NCBI GenBank assembly: GCA_019058015.1
Contig: JAHLWH010000095.1
Coordinates: 1-46,220, forward strand
DNA: 46,220 nucleotides
Source of the DNA: Promethearchaeota archaeon
GTDB taxonomy: Archaea; Asgardarchaeota; Lokiarchaeia; Sigyniarchaeales; SOKP01
Direction of reading: 5' to 3'
Shown here: one piece after another, positions 1 to 11,271 of the stretch
Position numbering within the stretch: position 1 is the stretch's first letter
Layout: every line of letters begins with the position of its first letter
Program-made: the position numbers and the translations under genes
The notes under the pieces: generated by a model
Databases searched by the model: none
Told to the model about the DNA's origin: nothing
The model's input: only the letters and a program-made list of their open reading frames with translations

Positions 1-70
1 AGAAGATCTTTTGTTTGATAATTTTATGAGATTCTAAAAAACAAATACAAATTTTAATTATAAAAGATTT

Positions 71-1084
71 ATGATAACGAATGAATAAGTTCAATACCGA
101 AATCTTGGGCGAACAGGGGTAAAAGTTAGTCCTCTCTGTCTGGGAACCATGAACTTCGGTGTGAGAACCCCAGAAGCGGAAGAAGCTGAAATAATCAATC
201 AGTATATTGAAGCTGGCCACAATTTTATTGATACTGCCAATGTCTATGGTCGTTTCAATGGGAGGGGAGAAGTTGGTTGGAGTGAAGAGATTATTGGGAA
301 TACCTTATCTGCAAATGGGAAACGTGGAAGAATAATTTTAGCCACAAAAGTTTGGGGTCATATGGATCCTGAAGATCCAAATGCTGGGGGATTAAGTCGA
401 AAGCATATATTAACTTCATGTAAGGCTTCTTTGAAGCGTTTGAAAACCAAATATATTGACCTTTACCAGTTACATCGCCCTGTTCTTGATATTCCGATCG
501 ATGAAACATTACGAGTTCTAGATGACCTTATTAGAAGAGGCTGGGTTCGATATATCGGAACAAGTATGTTTCCTACGTGGAGAATTATGGAGGGTCTCTG
601 GGTGTCAGAAAAATACCATTTGAATCGATTTGTGAGTGAACAACCGCGTTACAATATCTACGATAGAGAGATCGAACGAGAAATCGTTCCAATGGCTCAA
701 AAATATAATCTCGCTATATTGCCCTTCTCACCTTTAGGAGGAGGGATTTTAACGGGTAAATATCGCAAGGGTGAATCATTCCCAGAGGACTCAAGGCTAA
801 CATTCGATGAATTGGCTTCTTACTATGTTAACGCTTTAAACAAAAAGTTTTATGAGTTACTCGATATTCTTAAAGAAATATCTAACGATAAAGGGTGTAC
901 AATAAGCCAACTTTCTCTTGCTTGGGTTATAACACAACCTGGCATAACTAGTGCCATTATAGGTCCACGTACTATGGAACAACTAGAAGATAATCTGGAT
1001 GCATTGAATGTGACACTAACAGAAAAAGATTATCAAAGAATTGACGATATGACTATACCAGGAAGCAACATTGAAAATTTTTAA
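71..1084 (+). pseudogene. Aldo/keto reductase with a disrupted 5' end
   Basis: AKR motifs IDTANVYG, ILATKV, IDLYQLH, LPFSPLGGGILTGKY. The conserved N-terminus YRNLGRTGVKVSPLCLGTM lies upstream of ATG149. It is cut off from ATG71 by an in-frame TAA (86-88), and ATG81 is out of frame. Confidence 0.7.
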
Positions 1085-1211
1085 TAGACACGATTATTAA
1101 TTCGTGATTAGCTTACTAATACAGTAACTCTAATAAATTATAATTCAATGGTTTATCTTAGAGATATCTATTAACTTTAACGAGTAATTTCTACATGTTG
1201 GAAAGTAATAA

Positions 1212-2129
1212 ATAGGAAAATTTGATTGGCCAGGAAGTCCTGAGAATATTGGAGAAAAACTGGCAGAAATCGCTAGGACCGCAGATGATATGGGATTTTA
1301 TAGCTTATGTGTGATGGATCACCTCTTTCAGCTGGGAACTCAATATGGCATTATTCATGGACCAGTTAAGGCACCAATGCTAGAAGGTTATAGTACTATT
1401 GCATATTTAGCAGGTTTAACAAAACGAATTAACCTTGGTTTATTAGTCACCTGTAATTTTTTCCGACATCCAGGACTCCTAGTCAAAATCGTTTCGACTA
1501 TTGATGTTCTTTCAGGAGGACGTGCTTTTCTCGGTATTGGTGCTGGATGGTTTGAACGAGAAGCAAAAGGACTAGGCTTTCCCTTCCCCTCTATTCGTGA
1601 ACGTGTCGAACGCTTGGAGGAAACAATCCAAATTGTGAAACTCATGTAGGCAGGAAAAGTGGAACCCTATAATGGGAAATATTATCAACTTGCAGAGCCA
1701 ATAAATTATCCACCTCCTCTAAGTCAGCCCCATCCTCCTATTCTTATTGGTGCTTTCGGAGAGAAAAAAATGTTACGTTTAATTGCAAAATATGCTGATG
1801 TATGGAATTATGTTATAGGGTCACCAGTTGAAGAATTTGGTGTCCTTAATAGAAAGTTAGAAGAAGAATTTGAGTATCTTCGCAGAAAACTAGCTGTTTT
1901 AAGACAACATTGTAATGATGTTGGACGATCTTTTGATGAAATTGAAAAAACTGTTGTAATATATACTAAATTAACCCCAGATGCTCAAAATGAAAATTAT
2001 GTGATTGACCTCTGTTACGAATTGGCGAAGTTAGGTTTTCAACAAGTCATTTTTGATATTCCGAATGTTAGTGAAATCACACCTCTTAAAATTTTAGGTA
2101 AAATAATACCTTATTTATACAAATTGTAA
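1212..2129 (+). pseudogene. LLM-class (F420-dependent) oxidoreductase, split by an in-frame TAG and missing its start
   Basis: ORFs 1290-1649 and 1659-2129 are in the same frame, separated by TAG 1647-1649 where homologues have Trp (..MW..PYNGKYYQ). Upstream IGKFDWPGSPENIG is preceded by TAA TAA (1206-1211). Motifs VMDHLFQ, DVLSGGR, GIGAGWF, PPILIG. Confidence 0.85.
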
Positions 2130-2470
2130 TGTTCTGAAAGATCTGGCTTATAATTCGAAAGAAGTATTCTCTGTTGGCAGATCCATTAGAAACTATTGAA
2201 GTTTAAAAAAAGATAGAACCACATTTTGCTTATGGAAAACTATATAAAAAATCTGTTAGTCATCCACTAGTATTAAGATTTATTGAATATCCACAAACTT
2301 CATTTTTTCGTTTAATCTTTTTGACAAAGATAAAGAAAAGACAAAATGAAAAAAAAATCTTTCTATAATGACATTGTTTTATATATTCCAATTTACAAAA
2401 TCAAAATTTATTATGAAAAAGAGGGAGGTGGGACTCAACTAGTTAACAAGAATAACGGAATTGCTGGATA

Positions 2471-3520
2471 TTAGGAGATTTTGATTGATCGAAGTACTAT
2501 AGAAGCTGAACAAAAGGCTTTCAATATAAATATTCTTTCTTTTATATATTCTAAAAGATATTTTTTAATTTTTACACATAATTCTTCTTCATTATAATCT
2601 GGAATAAAGGCAATAACAGGCTTTTTCTGTGCTAAAGTGGATGCTAGTTCAGAATCTTTTCCAAAAGTATCACTTTCTTGAACCATATACACTGTACATT
2701 TTACCCGTTTCAACATAAGTCCTTCAATTAGTCCTTTGTCTCTATTTAATTCACAATAAGGCTGTGTAGGATCAAAATATCTTATTTTTAAGTCTTTTAT
2801 TAAAGGATTTGTAAATATTTTTTTAATCGTTTCAAAGGTTTCCTCAAATTCACAATTTTTTCTCATTGAAGTAGCTATATACACATCAATATAATCCCAA
2901 ATTAGATAAGCATTAGTATTATGAGTTCCTTTTTCTCGATTATCTTTTATCTCATTATCAAGCTTTATTAACATGTTTTTTAAAGGTTCAAATTCTTCTG
3001 GTTCTTCACAACTTTCTAAAATTTCTTTAAGATACTCACTTTCTTTTTACACTAAGGTAGAACTTATATAACCTAAATACCAAGTATTCTCTTTATTAAT
3101 TTTGTTTATATTAATTATTGGATTCGGTCTATTTTTATAAATCAATTCTAGGGTATCGGGTGAAATGTCAAATTTTATAAAATGGTTATCAATTTCTTTC
3201 TTTCTTATTTTTGAAAATCTTTTGAAAATAAATTTGAAATTTCCAAAATTTAAGATGCTAAGTCCTCTAAATTCAACGATTCCATCTTTTAGAATCTTAA
3301 GATTTAATTTTCCTCCACGAAAAAAGTAATTGAAAAAATCTCTTGAGATCCTATCTTGATTTAATAATAATAAAATCTCATTAAACTGTTCATAGTCTAA
3401 AGAACCAGACTTTAAATCCTCAATTATTTTTATTAAAAGGATACGTTTACTTTCATTTAATTCTTCAGCATTATAAGGTTTTCCACATATAATAATATAA
3501 TATCAATTTTGAGAAATCAT
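2471..3520 (-). pseudogene. Disrupted gene with a C-terminal nucleoside-deoxyribosyltransferase/TIR-like domain
   Basis: One reading frame runs from ATG3520 through TGA (3503-3505) and TAA (3047-3049) into ORF 2471-2974. Motifs DVYIATSMR, RYFDP, SDTFGKDSELASTLAQKKPVIAF resemble the NDT flavodoxin-like fold. Confidence 0.6.
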
Positions 3521-3993
3521 CTACATCATTCAAATTTAATTTATTAATATCATAATCTCTAAAAATCATTCTTCTGAGCACTTTTTTAATAATTTATGAG
3601 TTTCTATTATAATTATTGTTCAATAATAATTTATTCTTGATGAGAATTTTCTTTTGTTTATTTTTAAATAATTTAATTTTTTTTTATAATACCATATTCA
3701 GAATTTTTTCCTACTTTTTTTCATAGTGTGGCAGAATGATTATATCTTATATTTTTTATATCATTTTCTATAAAGTGTAAAATCTTTAAAGGATTTAAAA
3801 TTGATAAAAATTAAAATGATATTTTCATAAAAATTTTATAAACTTTCTCGTGAATTATTTTTACATTCATCTTATTTACTTATAACTATAAAAAAGATAA
3901 AGTTTTTTACTTTTAGATTCTCTTTATTAATTTAATTGATTCTTGCAAAAATTTCTCTTTGTTTTGCATTAATAATCTATTTTTACGTTATCC

Positions 3994-4066
3994 ATTGTCA
4001 AACATTTCTAAAAATTTATATTCTATTCTCAATCATTTTCAAAACTATTGTCAAATATTTCTGAAA
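3994..4066. repeat. Imperfect 20-bp direct repeat (2 copies)
   Basis: ATTGTCAAACATTTCTAAAA (3994-4013) and ATTGTCAAATATTTCTGAAA (4047-4066). Confidence 0.5.
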
Positions 4067-4090
4067 TATTCAAAAAAGATATAAAAAAAA

Positions 4091-6253
4091 TTAATTTAAG
4101 CTGTATCTTCTTCTATCTCTGAATTCTTGTGCTTTTCCTTTATTCCACCGATCAACTCGAGAATAATATCCGGTAATTCTTGAATAAACTTCAATATCTT
4201 TCCCCTTCCCACTACATCGTGGATTGGTGCATCTGTCAAGAACACCTTGAATAAACAACCCGCATTTCATACAATAGGAAAAATCAAAAGTGTAAGTAAA
4301 ATACGCAGTCTTTGTGTTGAGAGCGATTTTTTTGGTCATTTTCCAAATACCTTCGGGATCAGGTTCTTGCTCACCCATCCATAAGTGAGTAATTACGCCA
4401 CCCTTAACAATTGGATGATATTCCGCTTGTTTTAAGATCCTTTCGAAAAGAGGAATATCAGCATCATAATTTAGATGACCACTATTAGTATAATATGGAG
4501 AATCTTTTGTTCCTTGAAATAAGACTTTATTTTTATAATGTCTTAGGTCTAACCTTGCAAATCTCTCTGAAGATGATTCGCTAGGTTGTTCCCATAAGCT
4601 AAACTTAATTTTTTGAGTGTTATGAGGATGGTATTTAAATTCTTCCGTTCTGTCTGACAGAAATTGAAGAACTCGTTTTCCAAAATTAAAAGCGTTATCT
4701 GATTCATGCAATTGATTTCCCGTGTGATATTGGACCATTTCGTTCAATCCAGTGAAGCCCATGGAGAGGCTTTGTTTTCTCATATCAAGTAATTGGTTTC
4801 CATCAACTACGCTTGCACAAAGTGGTAATTGCCGATCCTTTAATCTTTGTTTAAGAATATTAAGTTTAATAAGATTTATGTCTTTCATCATGTTAAGACG
4901 ATCACCCAATATTTCGAATAATTTATCATCATCGCCATTTGCTTGATATGCAACTCTGGGTAAATTAACAGAAATACTTTGAAGCGACCCCATATTCATG
5001 TATGATTTTGTCCAATCAAAAGCATCAGGGTCATCACATGTTTTTCTCATACCATCGGGAGTTAATATTATTCTACAACATTGGCTGTGTATTTCATCGG
5101 GAAGCCAATCGGCGCAGGTATTTAGAAAGTATGGCGTTCCAAATTTAGCAGTTTCCTCCATTAATTTTAAATAGGCATCTTCATATTTTATCATCCACTC
5201 TTTTTTCAATTTAATTTCATGCTTTGGAAATGCAAAGAGTTTTCCAAACTCATCCCCTTCGTAATAGATCTCAGTTAAGCCATTGAATAATTTTAGGGTT
5301 TCATCTTTAAAGTCACCATATTTACCTACAACCTTTCCACCTATACCAATTGCATCTATTTCTTCTAATATTTTAGGTACTGTTGGTGTGCATGATATAG
5401 AGGTAAATGGAACTTGACCTCCTCGTGCAGCAAAAATTTGATTAGTTTCAAAAATAAAACATTGAGCAGCTTGTTTTATATCTTTCTCATTTAAACCTGA
5501 AATATATGGTGCAATCATTGTAGTGAAATTATCATAACCCTGTCCCCCACTAAATTCACCCTGCACTATTCCCAACCATTTCGCTGCATGTAGCATTGCT
5601 ACCATAGCAGATTTTGCGGGTCCTGAGCATGCTGAGTGGCTCCACGTTTTTGTTGGTGGAAGTCCATACTTTAAAATTAACCTAAGATCCCACTGTTGGC
5701 AAAATGGGCGTAAATCGAAGTATCTCAGCATATGAACGTGGATATCCCCAGACAAATGTGCATGGGATTGTTCTGTGGTAAGTAATCTTAAGAGTGCGTA
5801 TTCTTCGGCTAAACTATCAGCACTCCAATTATGAATTGATTCTGGATTAGAAAATTGATTTGCATTTTCTTTAGTTCCTTTATATAAGAGTCGCTCATAA
5901 TCCATTAGAGGCATACCGATTCTTGTATAAAGTTTTCTTTCATTTTCAAAACCTTGTTCAGACAAGACGGAACATACTAATTCTCTAATATGTGGTCCCG
6001 AGAGAAACTTTATATTTGATGATATGATTCTTCTAACTACTTTTTCGGTTATTATTTTCGCTTCTTCTATGTCCATGTTAGTTTCTTTGATAATACTTTC
6101 TTCAATCTTAATGGGATCAAAATTAACTACATCTCCTTTAGATTGAAAGACTTTTGGAAGAAGATTTTTGATATACCATATGCGATGTTGATTTTGTTTA
6201 GCAATTTTTTCTTTCGAATCTTTTAAATCTTTATCTTGTATTGTAATGACCAT
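4091..6253 (-). CDS. nrdD: Anaerobic ribonucleoside-triphosphate reductase (class III) with an N-terminal ATP cone
   Basis: ATP cone (VFQSKGDVVNFDPIKI..IRELV), HLSGDIHVH, FSGGQG, SQCCR, C-terminal CxxC..CxxxxC metal site and glycyl-radical motif YSRITGY. Confidence 0.97.
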   Translation of the reverse strand: MVITIQDKDLKDSKEKIAKQNQHRIWYIKNLLPKVFQSKGDVVNFDPIKIEESIIKETNMDIEEAKIITEKVVRRIISSNIKFLSGPHIRELVCSVLSEQGFENERKLYTRIGMPLMDYERLLYKGTKENANQFSNPESIHNWSADSLAEEYALLRLLTTEQSHAHLSGDIHVHMLRYFDLRPFCQQWDLRLILKYGLPPTKTWSHSACSGPAKSAMVAMLHAAKWLGIVQGEFSGGQGYDNFTTMIAPYISGLNEKDIKQAAQCFIFETNQIFAARGGQVPFTSISCTPTVPKILEEIDAIGIGGKVVGKYGDFKDETLKLFNGLTEIYYEGDEFGKLFAFPKHEIKLKKEWMIKYEDAYLKLMEETAKFGTPYFLNTCADWLPDEIHSQCCRIILTPDGMRKTCDDPDAFDWTKSYMNMGSLQSISVNLPRVAYQANGDDDKLFEILGDRLNMMKDINLIKLNILKQRLKDRQLPLCASVVDGNQLLDMRKQSLSMGFTGLNEMVQYHTGNQLHESDNAFNFGKRVLQFLSDRTEEFKYHPHNTQKIKFSLWEQPSESSSERFARLDLRHYKNKVLFQGTKDSPYYTNSGHLNYDADIPLFERILKQAEYHPIVKGGVITHLWMGEQEPDPEGIWKMTKKIALNTKTAYFTYTFDFSYCMKCGLFIQGVLDRCTNPRCSGKGKDIEVYSRITGYYSRVDRWNKGKAQEFRDRRRYSLN

Positions 6254-6802
6254 AATTATTCAATTTTTTAAAATTATTTTTAATACTTGTATTTAAGGGT
6301 TGGATATTTTTTTCCTAAAAGAAAAGAGTTTTATTCGAAATAAGTGAATCTTTTTGTCGTATTTTGTCGGCACCTCTCCGTTTCCCTCTGTTAGAATAAT
6401 TTGATACAATTGAATTAATAATTTATTTTTTAGATATAAAAAATTAATGTTTTTTTTATTTTTTAAAAAAATTATTACCACCATAAGAAAATTTATTAAT
6501 GTGCGCTTAGATATTTATTGATTGATTATATTATGATTTGATATATTAAATTGAGATTTTTTTAAATATTTTAAATTTTTATTTATATTTTTTTTATGTC
6601 GTTTATTTTGAGAGAGTTTGCTAACTTTCTAATTTTTAAATTCTTTTTAAGAATTGATTTTGAAATTCAGAAAATTATAATAATAGAAAAAATAAAACTG
6701 TCATATTTAAAGAAATAAATTTCTAATTTAATTGTAAAAAAAATATGTATTGTTTAGGTGCTTTATATTTTGAATGAGAAGTTTAAAATTGGATTAGAAG
6801 AG

Positions 6803-7114
6803 ATGAAATTTGTTAAAATGTTAGATGGTATTTATAGAAAGACATTAGTTTTTAATGAAACTTTAATGCTTTGTCAATTTTTATTAGAGAAAAATGCTAC
6901 TATTCCTATTCATACTCATATATCGAGTCAAGCAGGTTTTGTTTTAAGAGGAAAGATAAGGTTTGAAATAGAAGAAGGGGGAAAAATGGGACAATTTATA
7001 ACAAAAAAGGGAGATTCCTACATTTTTAATTCTAATCAAAAACATGGGGCATTTATATTGGAAGAAGCCGAAGTAATTGAAGTATTTTCCCCTTATAGGG
7101 AAGAATATGTCTAA
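6803..7114 (+). CDS. Cupin domain protein
   Basis: PIHTH..QAGFVLRGKI..KGDSYIF..QKHG, EVFSPYRE. ATG6803 is preferred over GTG6758. Confidence 0.88.
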   Translation: MKFVKMLDGIYRKTLVFNETLMLCQFLLEKNATIPIHTHISSQAGFVLRGKIRFEIEEGGKMGQFITKKGDSYIFNSNQKHGAFILEEAEVIEVFSPYREEYV

Positions 7115-7142
7115 AATAGAAATCTTGATTAAGAACTCAGAG

Positions 7143-7523
7143 TTACCATTGATATACTGCTAAAGAAAAGACTCCAAATATAGCTAATAGGAATTCTCCA
7201 ATTAACCAAGACATAAAATATTGTTTCTTTTTTGAGAGATCTCTTCTTAATAGATCAACTACACCAAAACAAAAAACCGTTGTTGTAATACTAAAGATCA
7301 TTATAATAACTGAAGTTCTAGTAATCCCTATCTCTATATCCCCTATTGTTATCATATGGTTTTCATCAATAAAAGCGAGATATAGGTTTAAAACAAGCAG
7401 AGCTCCACCAATTAGGAGCGAGATCCAACCTGTAAATTGAATTATACTTAAAAATTTTTTATCTAAATCGGGTATTTCAGGTAACGCTGACGGTTTCTTT
7501 TTTTCTTTTTTAGACATTTTCAA
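7143..7523 (-). CDS. Three-TM membrane protein, possibly OST2/DAD1-like
   Basis: Three hydrophobic segments in 126 aa. The family assignment is only a pattern resemblance. Confidence 0.7.
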   Translation of the reverse strand: MKMSKKEKKKPSALPEIPDLDKKFLSIIQFTGWISLLIGGALLVLNLYLAFIDENHMITIGDIEIGITRTSVIIMIFSITTTVFCFGVVDLLRRDLSKKKQYFMSWLIGEFLLAIFGVFSLAVYQW

Positions 7524-7594
7524 CGATTAATTGGTTTTATTGAAAATTTATATCATAAAAAATATACTATCTTACTTTAATTTTTGGTAATTAA

Positions 7595-8083
7595 TTAAGG
7601 TCTATTTTTTAAAAAAATAATTGCTTGAGCGATATTACCATTAGAATCTTTTAATGCTGCTTCAGCTTCTTTTAATGAAACATTTGCTTGTGCGGCGACG
7701 AGTTGTATGTCATTTTCTGTAATTTCTGGCTTTAATTCTTCATCAGTAATTTCTTCCATTTCAGTTGAATCTGCAATTTGAATTGATTCTACGCTTGAAA
7801 TATCAATTGTTTTTTCTTCTGCCGTTCCCATAACTTGATATATTTCTTGCCCCATCTGTTTCATTAAGAAGACTTCTGGTTGCTTTATTACCATAGTTTT
7901 ATATTCTAACTCAAAAATTACTCTATTCACATCAATTTGGTCCATGGAGATTCCTTGTTGCCCCATTTTTCTTCTCATGGCCCTTGACCCAAAAGAATGT
8001 TCACCTTTTCTTGCAATTTTAGGTTGTGGTCGTTTTGGAACATCCTTCTTTTTTTTCTGAAGATCTTTTGGAACTTTAACCAA
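7595..8083 (-). CDS. nac: Nascent polypeptide-associated complex protein (NAC + UBA)
   Basis: MRRKMGQQGISM..VIKQPEV..GQEIYQVMG NAC domain. C-terminal DIQLVAAQANVS..AEAALKDSNGNIAQAI. TTG start with GGTGA SD. Confidence 0.95.
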   Translation of the reverse strand: MVKVPKDLQKKKKDVPKRPQPKIARKGEHSFGSRAMRRKMGQQGISMDQIDVNRVIFELEYKTMVIKQPEVFLMKQMGQEIYQVMGTAEEKTIDISSVESIQIADSTEMEEITDEELKPEITENDIQLVAAQANVSLKEAEAALKDSNGNIAQAIIFLKNRP

Positions 8084-8140
8084 AAAAATTCACCAAAAAT
8101 TTATACATATTAATTAATACATTAAATGAGAAATATTATT

Positions 8141-8638
8141 TTATTTATTTCCTTTTCTAATTTTTATTCCAACGCCTTTATCAAATGATAAGAGATATTC
8201 AACTGGCAACTTTAACTTTCCAATTCCTAATAATTTATCATTTTCATTAACAACAATAACCTCATCATTTGGTCTTAAGTTTTCATCGATTTTTATTAAG
8301 TGTTTGCAAAAAACATTCCTCCCCTTTTTAATAAATTCCGAAACATCATTTTGTACAATCGCTCTTAATTTAGGGGGAGGTATATGATCAATTATTTTTT
8401 GAGCGGAATATAAAGTTAAAGCATAATACCCGGAAGTTGGTCTTAAAATAAATAAAAGATTATTGTTGTGATAAATAAATTTAATTTTTTTTGTTTTCTT
8501 GGATCTTTCTATTTTACAATTACTTTTATCATTAAAAAAAAGATTGGTAATTTCATTACCGAAAATAAAATCTGATAATGATCTAACTTTTCGAAATGCA
8601 ATTATGTTTGTATTAGATGAAATATCTTCTAAACGCAT
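8141..8638 (-). CDS. PUA-domain RNA-binding protein (archaeosine TGT C-terminal-like)
   Basis: SDFIFG..RSKKTKKI, GRNVFCKH..LRPNDEVIVVNENDKLLGIG PUA signature. Confidence 0.88.
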   Translation of the reverse strand: MRLEDISSNTNIIAFRKVRSLSDFIFGNEITNLFFNDKSNCKIERSKKTKKIKFIYHNNNLLFILRPTSGYYALTLYSAQKIIDHIPPPKLRAIVQNDVSEFIKKGRNVFCKHLIKIDENLRPNDEVIVVNENDKLLGIGKLKLPVEYLLSFDKGVGIKIRKGNK

Positions 8639-8700
8639 TATAATAAAATAGAAATGAATAACAAAATAAATTTTATCATAAAAAAGAAATAATTTTAAAG

Positions 8701-9915
8701 TTAAGAGTAAAGCTTTGATTCTATACTTTTTTCTTTCATTTTTCCTAGAACTTTAGATGCAGCTTCTAAAAAGTCCTTAAAGGAGATAGTATCTGCCTCC
8801 CTTCTAATCGCAAACATACCCGCTTCAGTACATATTCCTTTTATATCCGCTCCTGTGGCTCCTTTTGTCATATCCACTAATCTATTTAAATTAAAGTTTG
8901 ATTTGTCAATATTCATGCCTCTCATATGAATCTTAAAAATACTCTCTCTTTCTTGCCATCCAGGAATTGGAAAATCTATTAATCTATCAAACCTACCAGG
9001 TCTTAATAGAGCAGGATCTAGTATATCAGGTCTATTAGTGGCGCCAATGATTTTAACATCCCCTCTTTGGTCAAACCCATCCATCTCACTGAGAAGTTGC
9101 ATTAATGTTCGTTGAACCTCTCTATCTCCCGAAGTGGCAATTTGTAATCGTCTTGATCCGATTGCATCTAGTTCATCAATAAAGATAATTGATGGTGCCT
9201 TTTCTTTAGCCAACTGAAATATCTCTCTAACTAAACGTGCACCTTCTCCAATAAACTTTTGAACTAACTCAGAACCAATAATTCTGATAAATCTGGCTTG
9301 TGTTTCATGAGCTACAGCTTTTGCAACCAACGTTTTACCAGTACCAGGAGCTCCAAATAATAATACTCCCTTAGGAGGTTCAATTCCAATTCTTTCAAAT
9401 AATTCTGGTTTCTTTAATGGTAATTCAACTGTTTCTCGAATTTCTTGTATTTGTTCTTCTAAACCCCCAACATCGTCATATGAAATATCTGGAATGGAAT
9501 CAATTACTTCCATGCCCTTAACAAATGGATCTAACTTTGTTGGTAAAATCTCCATAATTGCAAACGTGCGTTGATTCAGCGCGACCCTCACACCCGATTC
9601 TATTTTTTGTCCTTTAACTTTTCGACTTGAATTAACTACAAAACTTGGGCCTGTTGAGCTTTTTACTATCGCTCTTCCCTTTTTTTCATCAAGCACATCA
9701 ATGACAGTGGCGGTAACTAAAGGTGGTTCTCTGAGTCTATCTATTTCATTTCTTAAACTATGAAGTTCTTGTTCTAATCTTAATCTTTCTGCGTCTAATA
9801 ATTGTTTTTCAGTTTCTAGGCTTCTAAGTCGCTTTTCAAGATGTCGAGTATAAGTGACTAAATACTCTCCTTCTTTGAGATCCTCATTTTTTTTTTTTTC
9901 CTTAATAGCGGGCAT
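8701..9915 (-). CDS. pan: Proteasome-activating nucleotidase
   Basis: N-terminal coiled coil + OB domain, [25 protein letters not shown]-terminal HbYX motif (LYS). Confidence 0.98.
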   Translation of the reverse strand: MPAIKEKKKNEDLKEGEYLVTYTRHLEKRLRSLETEKQLLDAERLRLEQELHSLRNEIDRLREPPLVTATVIDVLDEKKGRAIVKSSTGPSFVVNSSRKVKGQKIESGVRVALNQRTFAIMEILPTKLDPFVKGMEVIDSIPDISYDDVGGLEEQIQEIRETVELPLKKPELFERIGIEPPKGVLLFGAPGTGKTLVAKAVAHETQARFIRIIGSELVQKFIGEGARLVREIFQLAKEKAPSIIFIDELDAIGSRRLQIATSGDREVQRTLMQLLSEMDGFDQRGDVKIIGATNRPDILDPALLRPGRFDRLIDFPIPGWQERESIFKIHMRGMNIDKSNFNLNRLVDMTKGATGADIKGICTEAGMFAIRREADTISFKDFLEAASKVLGKMKEKSIESKLYS

Positions 9916-10128
9916 TATTATTATAACTATATATATTTAGAAAATTTAAATTTGATGAAAATATAAAATATTATTTTAAATATAAGAGAAAAGATGATAA
10001 TATTATTTAAAATTTATTTAGTTGTAACTATTGGATGATAAGAAATTCAATATCTTGAAATTTTATAAATGAAAAAATTTTTAGCAAATTTAAAATTTTT
10101 TTAATTGTAATTATTATATGTGGAATTA

Positions 10129-10686
10129 ATGTCCTATAAAAAGCAAAATTATCCAGAATGTCCTATATGTGGGGGCATAATTTGGGGGAAACCCAGTCAT
10201 ATCATTGTTGAGGGCGTTAGACTCACTGTGTGTCAATCATGTTCAAATTTAGGACAAAGAACTTCAATATCCTCCCCTTCAAAAATTCAATCAAAAATTT
10301 TTTACAAAAAACCAATAAAGCGTAAATCGGTAGCTACTCCTCATATAGCGAAACCTAGTGTAAAAAAAGATGATGAGTCAGATCTACAAATTGTCAGTAA
10401 TTTCGCTGCTAAAATTAAAAAAACAAGAGAGAAATATAAATTAACTCAAGAAAAATTCGCTTTAAAATTACATGAGAAAGCATCTTTAATCCGAAGTATT
10501 GAAAACGGAAAAAGAATCCCAACAATCTCATTAGCTAAAAAGATTGAAAAAACTTATAATGTAAAGCTCATTGAAAAAAAAAAAGATGATGAGAGTGACT
10601 ATAGAAAATATATTCAACAAAAAAAGGCTCCTACGACATTGGGAGATATGATTATTGTAAGGAAGAAAAAGAAATCTGATAACTGA
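10129..10686 (+). CDS. mbf1: Archaeal multiprotein bridging factor 1
   Basis: Zn ribbon CPICG..VEGVRLTVCQSC, HTH (LTQEKFALKLHEKASLIRSIENG), TLGD tail. Adjacent to pan and tfe. Confidence 0.93.
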   Translation: MSYKKQNYPECPICGGIIWGKPSHIIVEGVRLTVCQSCSNLGQRTSISSPSKIQSKIFYKKPIKRKSVATPHIAKPSVKKDDESDLQIVSNFAAKIKKTREKYKLTQEKFALKLHEKASLIRSIENGKRIPTISLAKKIEKTYNVKLIEKKKDDESDYRKYIQQKKAPTTLGDMIIVRKKKKSDN

Positions 10687-10692
10687 TATGAG

Positions 10693-11271
10693 TTAAAAAT
10701 TTTTAATTGTATCTTGAAGCGATCCTATTTTTTCCTTTAAGAAATCAATTAATTCTTTGTTTTCATCTGCAACTAAATTACCTCCGCAACCATCCACAGG
10801 GCATTTGAAATTTAAATCTACAGCATCATCGAAAATAAATCTAGTTTCAGGTTTTCTACAATTCTCACAAATAAAAAAATAATTATTTAACTCATAATTT
10901 ATTCGATCCCTTAATTTACTTATTAAGTTTTGCTCTTTTTCTAGTAAAATTTCATTTAACTTATCAAAATCATGCCACCAATAATAGATAAACCAGCCAG
11001 TATTTTTATCTCTCACTCTTCTAAATTGAGCTAATTTTGCTGAATATAATTTATATAATGTTTTTCGAACCGTATTTAACTTTAATTTTTCCTCATCATT
11101 TGGTTCAAAATCAATATTCATATCTTGAATTCTTTTCTTTATGTTTTCCGTTATTACATCATCGGTTATTTCTTTATTTTTTGAATTCAATAACTCTTTT
11201 GCAACTTCAATGCAAATATTGCCTCCGATTACAAATAAGAATGATTTTAATAAGGAATCAAGTTCAGAGAT
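10693..11271 (-). CDS. tfe: Transcription factor E alpha
   Basis: LNTVRKTLYKLY, RDKNTGWFIYYW, Zn ribbon CENC..FKCPVDGCG. The frame is open 27 codons upstream of TTG11190, to ATC11271. Confidence 0.93.
   Translation of the reverse strand: MSELDSLLKSFLFVIGGNICIEVAKELLNSKNKEITDDVITENIKKRIQDMNIDFEPNDEEKLKLNTVRKTLYKLYSAKLAQFRRVRDKNTGWFIYYWWHDFDKLNEILLEKEQNLISKLRDRINYELNNYFFICENCRKPETRFIFDDAVDLNFKCPVDGCGGNLVADENKELIDFLKEKIGSLQDTIKNF

Noticed and set aside
1647-1649. In-frame TAG as pyrrolysine or stop-codon recoding
   Set aside because: It replaces a conserved Trp (TGG to TAG is one change) and the gene also lacks its start. TAG ends intact genes here (17913, 33915, 42655), and there are no pyl genes in the window.
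3503-3505. In-frame TGA as selenocysteine
   Set aside because: The same gene has a TAA stop, there is no redox motif context, and I saw no SECIS-like hairpin.
3560-4090. CRISPR array or second origin in this AT-rich gap
   Set aside because: Only two imperfect repeat copies, no cas genes and no ORB-like boxes.
6293-6484. 63-aa ORF upstream of nrdD
   Set aside because: Low-complexity AT-rich translation; the region is better explained as the nrdD promoter or leader.
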